A DNA stretch of 64,000 nucleotides from an uncultured Phycisphaerales bacterium (GTDB lineage Bacteria; Planctomycetota; Phycisphaerae; Sedimentisphaerales; Anaerobacaceae): positions 1,856,001 to 1,920,000 of the forward strand of contig OY970359.1 of the NCBI GenBank assembly GCA_963718665.1, written 5' to 3'. Below are positions 1 to 8,130 of the stretch, piece after piece (the stretch's first letter is position 1; the number at the start of each line of letters is the position of its first letter). The translations under genes were made by a program, and so were the position numbers. Below the pieces are notes generated by a model. The model made no database searches, was not told where the DNA came from, and was given only the letters and a program-made list of their open reading frames with translations.

Positions 1-52
1 TTGGCCGGGGGTTCGATTTGTAATTTTATTTTACGCCTGTGCCTTCCGGCCG

Positions 53-517
53 TTATTTATTTTCGGCTGCCGGCGCTGCCGGCGGTGGGCTTGCTTGCCC
101 TGAGCTTGCCTGTGGTGAGCTTGTCGAACCAGCCGCCGAAGGGGTCGAACCTGCGCCTTTTGCCGGCTTTTCTTCGACCTTGCGTTCCGATTTCAGGAAC
201 GGCAGTCCTGCTGCTCTTGCCCGTTTTCTCGCCAATGCCCGGCGAGTTTTCTTTTGTGCCGCGTATTTATGCTTGATACCCTTGCGGAGCAGTATCTCTG
301 ATACCGAGTCCGAAGGTACCGCGCCTTTATCGAGCCAGAACTTGACTCGTTCAAGATCCAGAACTAACTGCTTATCGGTTGCTTTTTCGAGCGGGTCGTA
401 ATGCCCTAATTTCTCGATGATGCTGCCGTTTCGCGGCGTCCGGCTGTCTATCACGTTAATCCGGAAAAACGGTCTGTGCCGCCTTCCCTGCCGCGACATC
501 CTGATTTTTACTGACAT
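53..517 (-). CDS. rpsP: 30S ribosomal protein S16 with low-complexity C-terminal extension
   Basis: MSVKIRMSRQGRRHRPFFRINVIDSRTPRNG...LGHYDP is the S16 signature. ATG at 517 is preceded by AAGGAG. Confidence 0.97.
   Translation of the reverse strand: MSVKIRMSRQGRRHRPFFRINVIDSRTPRNGSIIEKLGHYDPLEKATDKQLVLDLERVKFWLDKGAVPSDSVSEILLRKGIKHKYAAQKKTRRALARKRARAAGLPFLKSERKVEEKPAKGAGSTPSAAGSTSSPQASSGQASPPPAAPAAENK
82..151. repeat. Three nested REP-like palindromic units (GYGGTGAGCTTGTCGAACC / CCCTGAGCTTGCCGAAGGG type) inside rpsP
   Basis: Outer GCGGTGGGCTT|GTCGAACC, middle GCTTGCCCTGAGCTT|GCCGCCGAAGGG, inner GCCTGTGGTGAGCTTGTCGAACCA (108-131, 24 bp). Confidence 0.7.
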
Positions 518-606
518 TTGCTTCTCCTTTTCAATTACGTTTATAATCAATTCCCGCCTTGGCCATACAAACTGACCGCGGGACACGTTAACTGTTAAAG
601 TTCGGA

Positions 607-635
607 AGTATAGCAGAATCGGCCCCAAATGACAA
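607..635 (-). promoter_or_regulatory. Sigma70-type promoter of rpsP
   Basis: TTGTCA-N17-TATACT with extended TGn on the minus strand. Confidence 0.6.
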
Positions 636-659
636 TGCCATTTTTCTGCTATTTGTGAG

Positions 660-1580
660 CTATTTGATGTCCATTACGTGCATCTTACGCAATTCTCTCT
701 TTTCGTATTCCCGATTTATTGTACGAAACAGAGCTACGGGCAGAATTGTGCACAGCAGACCTAACGAGACACCGATAATCAGTAGGGGATACCAAACTGC
801 ATACGGCTGAGAAAAAGCCAAAGCCGCCAAACCGCCCCCCAAACCCAGAGTCACAACAATCAGTCCAAAGACGGACATAATGCCAAGCAAGGATAGACAT
901 ACTTTTCGGGCACTCCCGATGCCAGTCAGGGTTCCTATGGCAGCACCCATAAGGCCGACGACTGAGCCGCAAATGCCGCCGAACAACCACCCGGCGGTCC
1001 GGGCGGTCCGGTCGGTCCACCACGCGTTTGTAGCGTCGCTGGTCGCGGCAGATCCATTTTTCTCAAACTGGACGAGTTTAAGCGGGCCAAGAAAAATTGT
1101 CCCCCGCCCGTGCAGCACGATGTTGAACTCCAGCTTGACCGGGCGCATTTTGGTAGTATCTCCGATGTAGAAAGGCAGTGTGAATGGCCGCCAGCCGGAT
1201 GAACCGGCCAATGATTGCATTGGGCCGGAATCTCCCAGAGTTCGGCTAAAATACATCTTGCCGTCGGGAAAATGGTTCCACATTTCAAGATAGCCCGTTC
1301 CCTCGACGCCTTCATACCTGACTTGTCCTGTTAGCGCATAACTTGTCGTTTTGATGCACGGGTCATTGATAGTCAAAATGGCGAATGTTTTCTTTTCGTT
1401 TTGCGAGCTTTGCACCTTCAGTTGTGCAAAAGGGCAATCGGCGTTTGGCTCGATGACTTCACCGGCAGTCAACTTACCTCGCAGGTTCGGGTCCGACCAC
1501 TCGATTTCGCGCAGGGTTTCTTCGGCCAAACAAGCCGATGTTAGAACGACCATACTAAGTATTAGCGTTATGTATCTCAT
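660..1580 (-). CDS. Membrane protein: signal peptide, beta-rich extracytoplasmic domain, about 3 C-terminal TM helices
   Basis: 306-aa ORF with hydrophobic N-terminus and three hydrophobic C-terminal segments. 4-bp overlap with the upstream DUF2089-like gene. Confidence 0.8.
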   Translation of the reverse strand: MRYITLILSMVVLTSACLAEETLREIEWSDPNLRGKLTAGEVIEPNADCPFAQLKVQSSQNEKKTFAILTINDPCIKTTSYALTGQVRYEGVEGTGYLEMWNHFPDGKMYFSRTLGDSGPMQSLAGSSGWRPFTLPFYIGDTTKMRPVKLEFNIVLHGRGTIFLGPLKLVQFEKNGSAATSDATNAWWTDRTARTAGWLFGGICGSVVGLMGAAIGTLTGIGSARKVCLSLLGIMSVFGLIVVTLGLGGGLAALAFSQPYAVWYPLLIIGVSLGLLCTILPVALFRTINREYEKRELRKMHVMDIK

Positions 1581-1885
1581 TTTTGGACCTCCATTTCTTT
1601 TTTGTGGGTTTCAAGCAATGTCTTGAATGTTGTAATATCGATTTTGCCTTCCGCGTAGAATGAGCGGATGAGTAGCTCGAATTCGCTTGCTTTTTCAAAA
1701 GCGTCAAAAACCTTGATTTTTTCAATCAGCCGGTCTAACCGCAGTCGTACCGTCGGGTAACTGATGTCGTATATCTCTGCCAGCTCTTTTAGCGAACCCG
1801 AGGCGAGAAGGAATCTTTTGATGAATCCTATGTCTTCTTCCGTCAAAAGCTGCATCCAATTGCCTGCCTGTTTTTCCTGTGTCAT
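1577..1885 (-). CDS. DUF2089-family HTH protein
   Basis: FIKRFLLASGSLKELAEIYDISYPTVRLRLDRLI matches the DUF2089 pattern. AT-rich upstream region contains TTGACT-N16-TATATT. Confidence 0.85.
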   Translation of the reverse strand: MTQEKQAGNWMQLLTEEDIGFIKRFLLASGSLKELAEIYDISYPTVRLRLDRLIEKIKVFDAFEKASEFELLIRSFYAEGKIDITTFKTLLETHKKEMEVQK

Positions 1886-2021
1886 AATCTCAACCTTTCA
1901 CTAATATTCAACTAAATATCAAATATAACATTAACATTATTAAAGTCAAGCTTAATTTTATTTATTTTTAGAAAATTTTTTCTCCCTAAGAATCTGTGGT
2001 CAGGATGGGTTAAAAAATTAC

Positions 2022-2264
2022 TTATGACCTTCGTTTTGCGTGCAGGGCGTAGCCGTTGATGAAAATAGCGAATAGGGCGGGGTCAACTTTCGCGTCGTCG
2101 GCGATTTTACGCACCTGGTCGTCGGTGAGATTCGCGGCGTTTTGCTTTTCCTGTGCAGTCATAATCGCCACCGCCCTGCGTAATTGTTCCAATTCCTCCG
2201 CCGTGGGGCTTGCCAACATACCAAGCTCGCTTATCCCTTCGTTATCTTTGAATTGCTCGCGCAC
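2022..2264 (-). CDS. Stand-alone SRP M-domain-like protein (true start uncertain; frame open to 2438)
   Basis: GISELGMLASPTAEELEQLRRAVAIMTAQEKQNAANLTDDQVRKIA aligns by eye with the Ffh M domain GAAELGDMDFDENELKKMEGIVYSMTLQERQDPDVIDSSRRRRIA. Confidence 0.6.
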   Translation of the reverse strand: MREQFKDNEGISELGMLASPTAEELEQLRRAVAIMTAQEKQNAANLTDDQVRKIADDAKVDPALFAIFINGYALHAKRRS

Positions 2265-2335
2265 AATTCGGCCGTATTCGTTGCCTACAAATTGCGCCAG
2301 CTTATCGAGATACTGGTTGATTGAGATGTTTTGGG

Positions 2336-3760
2336 TTACCGCCGTATTCTTTTGCCTTTGCGGATTATGACTTGTTTTCTTCTGGAGCGTTGTTTGATTT
2401 TTTTGCCCGATGCCATCGCCGCACTCATCGATTCGAGATTAAAGCCGCCCGAAAACAGCGACTTTAAGCCCGCCATTTTTCCTCCCGACAGCGTCTTGAG
2501 CATATCTCTGCTTCGCACAAATTGCTTGACCAGTCCTGATACGTCGTGCGGCTGCGTCCCTGAGCCGGCGGCAATCCTTCTGCGTCTCGATGAATCGATA
2601 ACGTCCGGGTCCTGGCGTTCCTGGAGCGTCATCGAATAAACGATTCCCTCCATTTTTTTAAGCTCGTTCTCGTCGAAATCCATATCGCCCAGTTCAGCGG
2701 CGCCGGGCATCATCTTCATCAGGTCTTTCATTCCCCCCATTTTCTTTACTGCCTGCATTTGCTGGAGGAAATCATCGAAGCCGAAGCTGCCTTTGGCCAT
2801 CTTTTCCTGCAATTTAGCGGCTTCCTCGGTGTCGAATTGCTCATGTGCCTTCTCGACGAGCGTAACGATATCGCCCATACCCAGGATTCTGCTGGCCATT
2901 CTGTCAGGGTGGAATTCTTCGAGCTTTTCGAGCTTTTCGCCTACGCCGATGAATTTTATGGGTTTGCCTGTAACCGCTTTTACGCTGAGCGCCGCGCCGC
3001 CTCTTGCGTCGCCGTCCAATTTTGTCAGGATAACGCCGTCAAGCTCTAAGCGCGAGTTGAATTCCTTGGCGGAATTGACCGCGTCCTGGCCGGTCATCGC
3101 GTCGCAGACGAGGTAAATCTGATGCGGCTGGACCGCCTTTGCGACGTCGCTTATCTGCGTCATCATTTCTTTGTCAACGTGCAGCCGGCCGGCGGTATCC
3201 AGAATCACAACGTCAACGCCGGTTGTTTTGGCGTGCTGGACGGCGTTTTTCGCGACCTTCACCGCGTCATGGCTTTGCTCGCTGTAAACCGGGATATTTA
3301 ACTGCTGGCCAAGGGTAATCAACTGGTCGATAGCGGCAGGTCTCTGCAAATCGTCGGCAACAAGCATCGGTTTCTTGCCGTTATCCATAACATATTTTGC
3401 CAGCTTCGCGGCTGTGGTTGTTTTGCCGCAGCCCTGAAGACCTGCCAAAAGTATCAGCGTCGGCCCGGGCGATACGTAATAAATCTGCGTATCCACAGGT
3501 CCCATCAGCTTAGTCAATTCATCGTTGACTATCTTGACGAAGACCTGTCCGGGATGCAGCGACTTGATGACCTCTGCGCCTATGGCCGCCTGGGTAACAT
3601 CCTTGCAGAATTGTTTGACGACCTGGTAATTGACGTCGGCTTCCAACAGCGCCTTGCGAACGTCGCGCACCGCGTCCGAAACGTTGGCCTCGGTTATCCT
3701 GCCCCTGCCCGAAAGCGCCCTGAACACCGACCCGAATTTTTGCGTTAATGCGTCAAACAC
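2336..3760 (-). CDS. ffh: Signal recognition particle protein Ffh
   Basis: GLQGCGKTTT, DTAGR, TKLDGDARGGAALS, SRRRRIAAGSG motifs. Confidence 0.98.
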   Translation of the reverse strand: MFDALTQKFGSVFRALSGRGRITEANVSDAVRDVRKALLEADVNYQVVKQFCKDVTQAAIGAEVIKSLHPGQVFVKIVNDELTKLMGPVDTQIYYVSPGPTLILLAGLQGCGKTTTAAKLAKYVMDNGKKPMLVADDLQRPAAIDQLITLGQQLNIPVYSEQSHDAVKVAKNAVQHAKTTGVDVVILDTAGRLHVDKEMMTQISDVAKAVQPHQIYLVCDAMTGQDAVNSAKEFNSRLELDGVILTKLDGDARGGAALSVKAVTGKPIKFIGVGEKLEKLEEFHPDRMASRILGMGDIVTLVEKAHEQFDTEEAAKLQEKMAKGSFGFDDFLQQMQAVKKMGGMKDLMKMMPGAAELGDMDFDENELKKMEGIVYSMTLQERQDPDVIDSSRRRRIAAGSGTQPHDVSGLVKQFVRSRDMLKTLSGGKMAGLKSLFSGGFNLESMSAAMASGKKIKQRSRRKQVIIRKGKRIRR

Positions 3761-3807
3761 AAGTTTTCAAACTTTCCTGATTAATAAAACCATACCGGAC
3801 AATTAAG

Positions 3808-3836
3808 ATTATAAGGTCATCTGGCTGTTTTTTCAA
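3808..3836 (-). promoter_or_regulatory. Sigma70-type promoter of ffh
   Basis: TTGAAA-N17-TATAAT on the minus strand. Confidence 0.65.
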
Positions 3837-3934
3837 CGCTCAAATGCTGCCGGCCGGTGAAACGGATAGTAATATGTTGATGGACTGTGCGATGCCTTGC
3901 ACGTTCATCAATTCTTTATTATCATATTTCATAA

Positions 3935-5452
3935 ATGACCCCAGGACCGCGGATAAAACAAAGGAACAATCGCACATCGGCTACGGTTGGCGGCGGTATT
4001 AAGCCAACTGACGATATCCCGGTAACATTGCGGTATGAACGGCTTGTTATTGCCGGGCTTTGTCTTGCCGCTGCGATTCGCGTCTTTGCCTTCAGCGCCG
4101 CATTTCCCTTTTTTAATAATGTTGACGAACAGGCGCATTTTGATTTGGTCTTTAAATACTCCAGGTGGCATCTGCCTGCAGCGCCGCTGGAGAAATACGA
4201 CCCGGAGGCCGCTGAAATCATTATAAATGCCGCGCAGGGCGATTTTTTTGATATCCCGGTTGACAAATCTCCCTACATGTGGACACAGGCCGTTGCTTTT
4301 CAGAGAAGCATCGACAACCGTGAAACGTGGGCCTGGCCGGCGTATTATCTTTTGGCTGGGCTGTGGTGCCGGTTAGGCGAATCGCTGGCGATAACAGGTA
4401 CCGAATTACTTTATTGGATTCGTTTTCTTGACATTCCCCTCATGGCTGTCTTCGTGTGGCTGTCGTGGCTGTTTTCCCGCAGGATCTTTGGCGATAATTT
4501 CCAGGAGCGAATTGCGATTCCTCTTCTCGCCGCGTTTTTCCCGCAGGATATTTTTTACGCGATTACGGGCGACGTTCTTTCTCCGGTTGTTTTTGCGGCG
4601 GCATTCTTTATGCTTTTCGAAATCTATTTGAGTTCCAAATCCTTGAAGTACCATTTATTTACGGGCCTGCTTGTTGCCGCGACGTTCCTTGCCAAAGCGT
4701 CAAATATTGCCATCATGCTGCTTGCCGCTCTGGTTATCCTGATTAAAATCATACGTGCATCTCGCCAAAAACAGATTAAGCAATATCTGCCGGCCCTGAT
4801 TGCATTTGCCTTTGCCGCAACTGTTCCCATAGCAATCTGGCTTGGCCGTAATTATGTGCTCTTTGGTGACGCAGTCGGAGCGGCCGCCTCGGCAAAGTCG
4901 CATACCTGGACGGTTAAACCTTTAAGCGAGATGTTTAATCATCCCATCTTTACTCCTTCGGGGTTTCTTTATTTCATTTCCGAGCTGACAAAAACCTTCT
5001 GGCGGGGCGAGTTTGTCTGGCATAACAGGATAATAGCTTCGGTGTTTGTGGACTGGTTTTATGTAATCTCGTCCGGTGTTTTCCTGCTTGCCCTTATTCT
5101 TGATAAAAGCAGGTCTGACGGGTCTTGCCGCACTGCCCTGGCTGGGAGTTTGTTTGTTGTTATCATATCGATTGCTTTTCTTGCGTTTATGTCTATGCGG
5201 TATGACTTCGGCACCTGTGTTTATCCTTCTGTTGATAAGCCCTACTTTACTTCCGGCCGGCTGATTGCGGGCGCCATTTTGCCGTTTCTGATTCTTTACA
5301 TTGACGGCCTGCGCCGTATTCTTTCCAAATTACGGTGTGCTTACGCGTTGCTCTTTGTAGTCGGCATTATCGTCGCTGCCGTAACCGTATCGGAAATAAT
5401 ACTTAGCTGGTCTGTTTTCGCCAACCCAAATAACTGGTTCCACCTGATGTAG
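3935..5452 (+). CDS. Polytopic membrane protein, DUF2142/GT-C glycosyltransferase-like (copy 1)
   Basis: PFFNNVDEQAHF after the first TM resembles the GT-C DExxH motif. Many TM segments. Confidence 0.75.
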   Translation: MTPGPRIKQRNNRTSATVGGGIKPTDDIPVTLRYERLVIAGLCLAAAIRVFAFSAAFPFFNNVDEQAHFDLVFKYSRWHLPAAPLEKYDPEAAEIIINAAQGDFFDIPVDKSPYMWTQAVAFQRSIDNRETWAWPAYYLLAGLWCRLGESLAITGTELLYWIRFLDIPLMAVFVWLSWLFSRRIFGDNFQERIAIPLLAAFFPQDIFYAITGDVLSPVVFAAAFFMLFEIYLSSKSLKYHLFTGLLVAATFLAKASNIAIMLLAALVILIKIIRASRQKQIKQYLPALIAFAFAATVPIAIWLGRNYVLFGDAVGAAASAKSHTWTVKPLSEMFNHPIFTPSGFLYFISELTKTFWRGEFVWHNRIIASVFVDWFYVISSGVFLLALILDKSRSDGSCRTALAGSLFVVIISIAFLAFMSMRYDFGTCVYPSVDKPYFTSGRLIAGAILPFLILYIDGLRRILSKLRCAYALLFVVGIIVAAVTVSEIILSWSVFANPNNWFHLM

Positions 5453-5640
5453 AAACCGGGGCGTCCTATGGTCGTAACTAAAAAAATCCAGGCCAGCACA
5501 AATGCTGATCGTTACCAGGGACAAAAAGGCCTTCAAAACTTTCTCCTATATTGCTCTTGCCGTCAACTGAGGTCTGGGTTGTAAATCGGCCAGTGTGATG
5601 CCTTGCACGTTCATCAATTCTTTATTATCATATTTCATAA

Positions 5641-7164
5641 ATGACCCCAGGACCGCGGATAAAACAAAGGAACAATCGCACATCGGCTACGGTCGGCGGC
5701 GGTATTAAGCCCACTGACGATATCCCGGTTTCATTCCGGTATGAACGGCTTATTATTGCCGGGCTTTGTCTTGCCGTTGCGATTCGTGTCTTTGCCTTCA
5801 GCGCTGCGTTTCCATTTTTTAATAACGTTGACGAAGTAGCCCATTTTGACCTGGTTTTCAAGTATTCCCGTGGACATTTGCCTGCCGCATCGCTGGAGAA
5901 ATACGACCCGGTGGCCGTTGAAATTATCGCCAATTCGGGAGGAGGGGGGGAGTTCTTGGGTGACCACATTGACAAAACTCCCGACATTTTGGTGAAGGAA
6001 ATTGATTTCCTGACAAACGCCTACAATTATGAAACATGGTCATTCCCCTCATACTATCTTTTGGCGGGGCTGTGGTGTCGGTTAGGCGAATCGCTGGCGA
6101 TAACAGGCGCCGAATTACTTTATTGGATTCGTTTTCTTGATGTTCCTCTCGCGGTTGTCTTTGTGTGGCTGTCCTGGCTGTTTTCGCGCAGGTTCTTTCG
6201 TGATAATTTCCAGGAGCGAATCGCGATTCCTCTTCTCGCCGCGTTTTTCCCACAGGATATTTTTTACGCAATTACAGGCGACGTCCTTTCTCCGGTTGTC
6301 TTTGCGGCGGCGTTATTTATGCTCCTCGAAATCTATTTGAGCGAAAAATCCTGGAAGTACCATTTGTTTGCGGGTCTGCTTGTTGCCGCGACGTTCCTTG
6401 CCAAGGCGTCAAATATTGCCATTATACCTTTTGCCGCCTTTGTTGTGCTGATTAAAGTAACACAAGCGGTTCGCCAAAGACGTCTCAGGCAATACCTGTT
6501 TCCTCCCGCTGCCCTGGTTATCGCAGCATTGTTGCCGGTTGTCTTCTGGCTCGGTCGTAATTATATACTCTTTGGCGATGCCGTCGGAGCGGCCGCCTCG
6601 GCAAAGTCGCATACCTGGACGGTTAAACCTTTAAGCGAAATATTTAATCATCCCATCTTTACTCCTTCGGGATTTATTTATTTCATTTCCGAGCTGACAA
6701 AAACCTTCTGGCGGGGCGAATTTGTCTGGCATAACAGGATAATAGCATCGGCGTTTATGGACGGGTTTTATGTAATCTCGTCCGGTGTTTTCCTGCTTGC
6801 CCTTATTCTTGATAAAACCAGGTCTGACGGGTCTTGTCGCACTGCCCTGGCGGGGAGTTTGTTTGTTGTTATCTTATCGATTGTTTTTCTTGCGTTTATG
6901 TCTATGCGGTACGACTTCGGCACCTGTGTTTATCCTTCTGTTGCTAAGCCCTATTTTACCTCGGGCCGGCTGATTGCAGGCGCCATTTTGCCATTTCTAA
7001 TTCTTTACATTGATGGCTTGCGCCGTATTCTTTCCAAATTACGATGTGCTTCCGCGTTGCTCTTTGTAGTCGGCATTATCGTCGCTGCCATAACCGTATC
7101 GGAAATAGTACTTAGCTGGTCTGTTTTCGCCAATCCAGATAACTGGTTCCATCTGATAAAGTGA
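5641..7164 (+). CDS. Polytopic membrane protein, DUF2142/GT-C glycosyltransferase-like (copy 2)
   Basis: Close paralog of 3935-5452, with PFFNNVDEVAHF. Confidence 0.75.
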   Translation: MTPGPRIKQRNNRTSATVGGGIKPTDDIPVSFRYERLIIAGLCLAVAIRVFAFSAAFPFFNNVDEVAHFDLVFKYSRGHLPAASLEKYDPVAVEIIANSGGGGEFLGDHIDKTPDILVKEIDFLTNAYNYETWSFPSYYLLAGLWCRLGESLAITGAELLYWIRFLDVPLAVVFVWLSWLFSRRFFRDNFQERIAIPLLAAFFPQDIFYAITGDVLSPVVFAAALFMLLEIYLSEKSWKYHLFAGLLVAATFLAKASNIAIIPFAAFVVLIKVTQAVRQRRLRQYLFPPAALVIAALLPVVFWLGRNYILFGDAVGAAASAKSHTWTVKPLSEIFNHPIFTPSGFIYFISELTKTFWRGEFVWHNRIIASAFMDGFYVISSGVFLLALILDKTRSDGSCRTALAGSLFVVILSIVFLAFMSMRYDFGTCVYPSVAKPYFTSGRLIAGAILPFLILYIDGLRRILSKLRCASALLFVVGIIVAAITVSEIVLSWSVFANPDNWFHLIK

Positions 7165-7181
7165 AAAAACCGGGGCATCCT

Positions 7182-7601
7182 ATGGTCGTAACCAAAAAAA
7201 TCCAGGTCAGCACAAAGGGCAACAGCGAGGTCATCGATTTAACCCCGCAGGCGGTAAAGGCAGTTGCCGAATCAGGCGTCTCGGCTGGGACAGCGACATT
7301 TTTTGTCATTGGCTCGACCGCCGCGATTACAACTACCGAATATGAGCCGGGACTGGTTAACCATGATATTAAAGCGGCATTTGAAAAAATTGCCCCTCGG
7401 AACGCCCGTTATGAGCACGAGGAGACCTGGCACGACGACAACGGGCATTCGCATGTTCGCGCATCGCTGCTTGGCCCTTCTCTGGCCGTGCCAATTGTAG
7501 ATGGCAAACTTACCCTCGGCACATGGCAGCAAATCATCCTTATTGACTTCGATACCCGTTCACGCAGCCGCCAGGTCATCTGCCAGATAATCGGTGAATA
7601 G
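7182..7601 (+). CDS. yjbQ: YjbQ/UPF0047 family protein
   Basis: GSTAAITTTEYEPGL, DNGHSHVRASLLG, LGTWQQI motifs. Confidence 0.93.
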   Translation: MVVTKKIQVSTKGNSEVIDLTPQAVKAVAESGVSAGTATFFVIGSTAAITTTEYEPGLVNHDIKAAFEKIAPRNARYEHEETWHDDNGHSHVRASLLGPSLAVPIVDGKLTLGTWQQIILIDFDTRSRSRQVICQIIGE

Positions 7602-7651
7602 TCCGTTTTTTCTTGCGACTGAGCGATTCTGAGAGGAAAATAAAGTGCATT

Positions 7652-8023
7652 ATGAAACCGGACGTTGAAAAACATCTTCGCATCGCAAATGAAACCCTGC
7701 GGGAGATGGAGCACCTGATAGCAGGGGGGTTTTATGAAGCAGTGGCGAAACGGACATATAACGCTATGCTCAACGCGGCTACCGCCGCCCTGCTGGCCAA
7801 AGAGGTCCCAAGCGACACGAGGCAGGCGATTGTATCCGAGTTTAACAATGCTTTTGTGAAAACGGGTCTTTTCGACGAAAAGTTTTATAAGTATTTTCGT
7901 CAGGCCTTCAACTCCGGGACCGAGTCCGACGCCTCATTTGCCTCTGTGGACCACAGGCAGGCACAGACAAACCTTCTCAGGGTCAAGGAATTCATAGCCG
8001 CCTGTCGCGTATTATGCGATTAA
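7652..8023 (+). CDS. HEPN-domain protein (degenerate, no adjacent nucleotidyltransferase)
   Basis: GFYEAVAKRTYNAMLNAATAALLAK...FVKTG resembles the HEPN pattern G.Y..A.SRAYYAMF.AA.ALL. Confidence 0.7.
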   Translation: MKPDVEKHLRIANETLREMEHLIAGGFYEAVAKRTYNAMLNAATAALLAKEVPSDTRQAIVSEFNNAFVKTGLFDEKFYKYFRQAFNSGTESDASFASVDHRQAQTNLLRVKEFIAACRVLCD

Positions 8024-8058
8024 ATGGTGTATCCGACGGCTTTTGGCCGATAAATCCA

Positions 8059-8087
8059 TTGACGAGTTTTAAAAAACTGTTTAGTAT
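8059..8087 (+). promoter_or_regulatory. Sigma70-type promoter
   Basis: TTGACG-N17-TAGTAT upstream of the FlgI-like gene. Confidence 0.55.
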
Positions 8088-8130
8088 TTTGCCTCGGCAG
8101 AGGCAGCCAAACTAATACGGGAGATACGTT

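Larger units (their letters stand above)
3891..7216 (+). repeat. Tandem duplication of ~1.6 kb (3891-5502 and 5597-7216)
   Basis: Identical upstream GATGCCTTGCACGTTCATCAATTCTTTATTATCATATTTCATAAATG, paralogous genes, and a duplicated yjbQ 5' end at 5468 and 7182. Confidence 0.95.

Noticed and set aside
3935..7164. Diversity-generating retroelement explanation for the two similar genes
   Set aside because: No reverse transcriptase in the window, and the differences include indels and non-adenine positions. Ordinary tandem duplication fits better.
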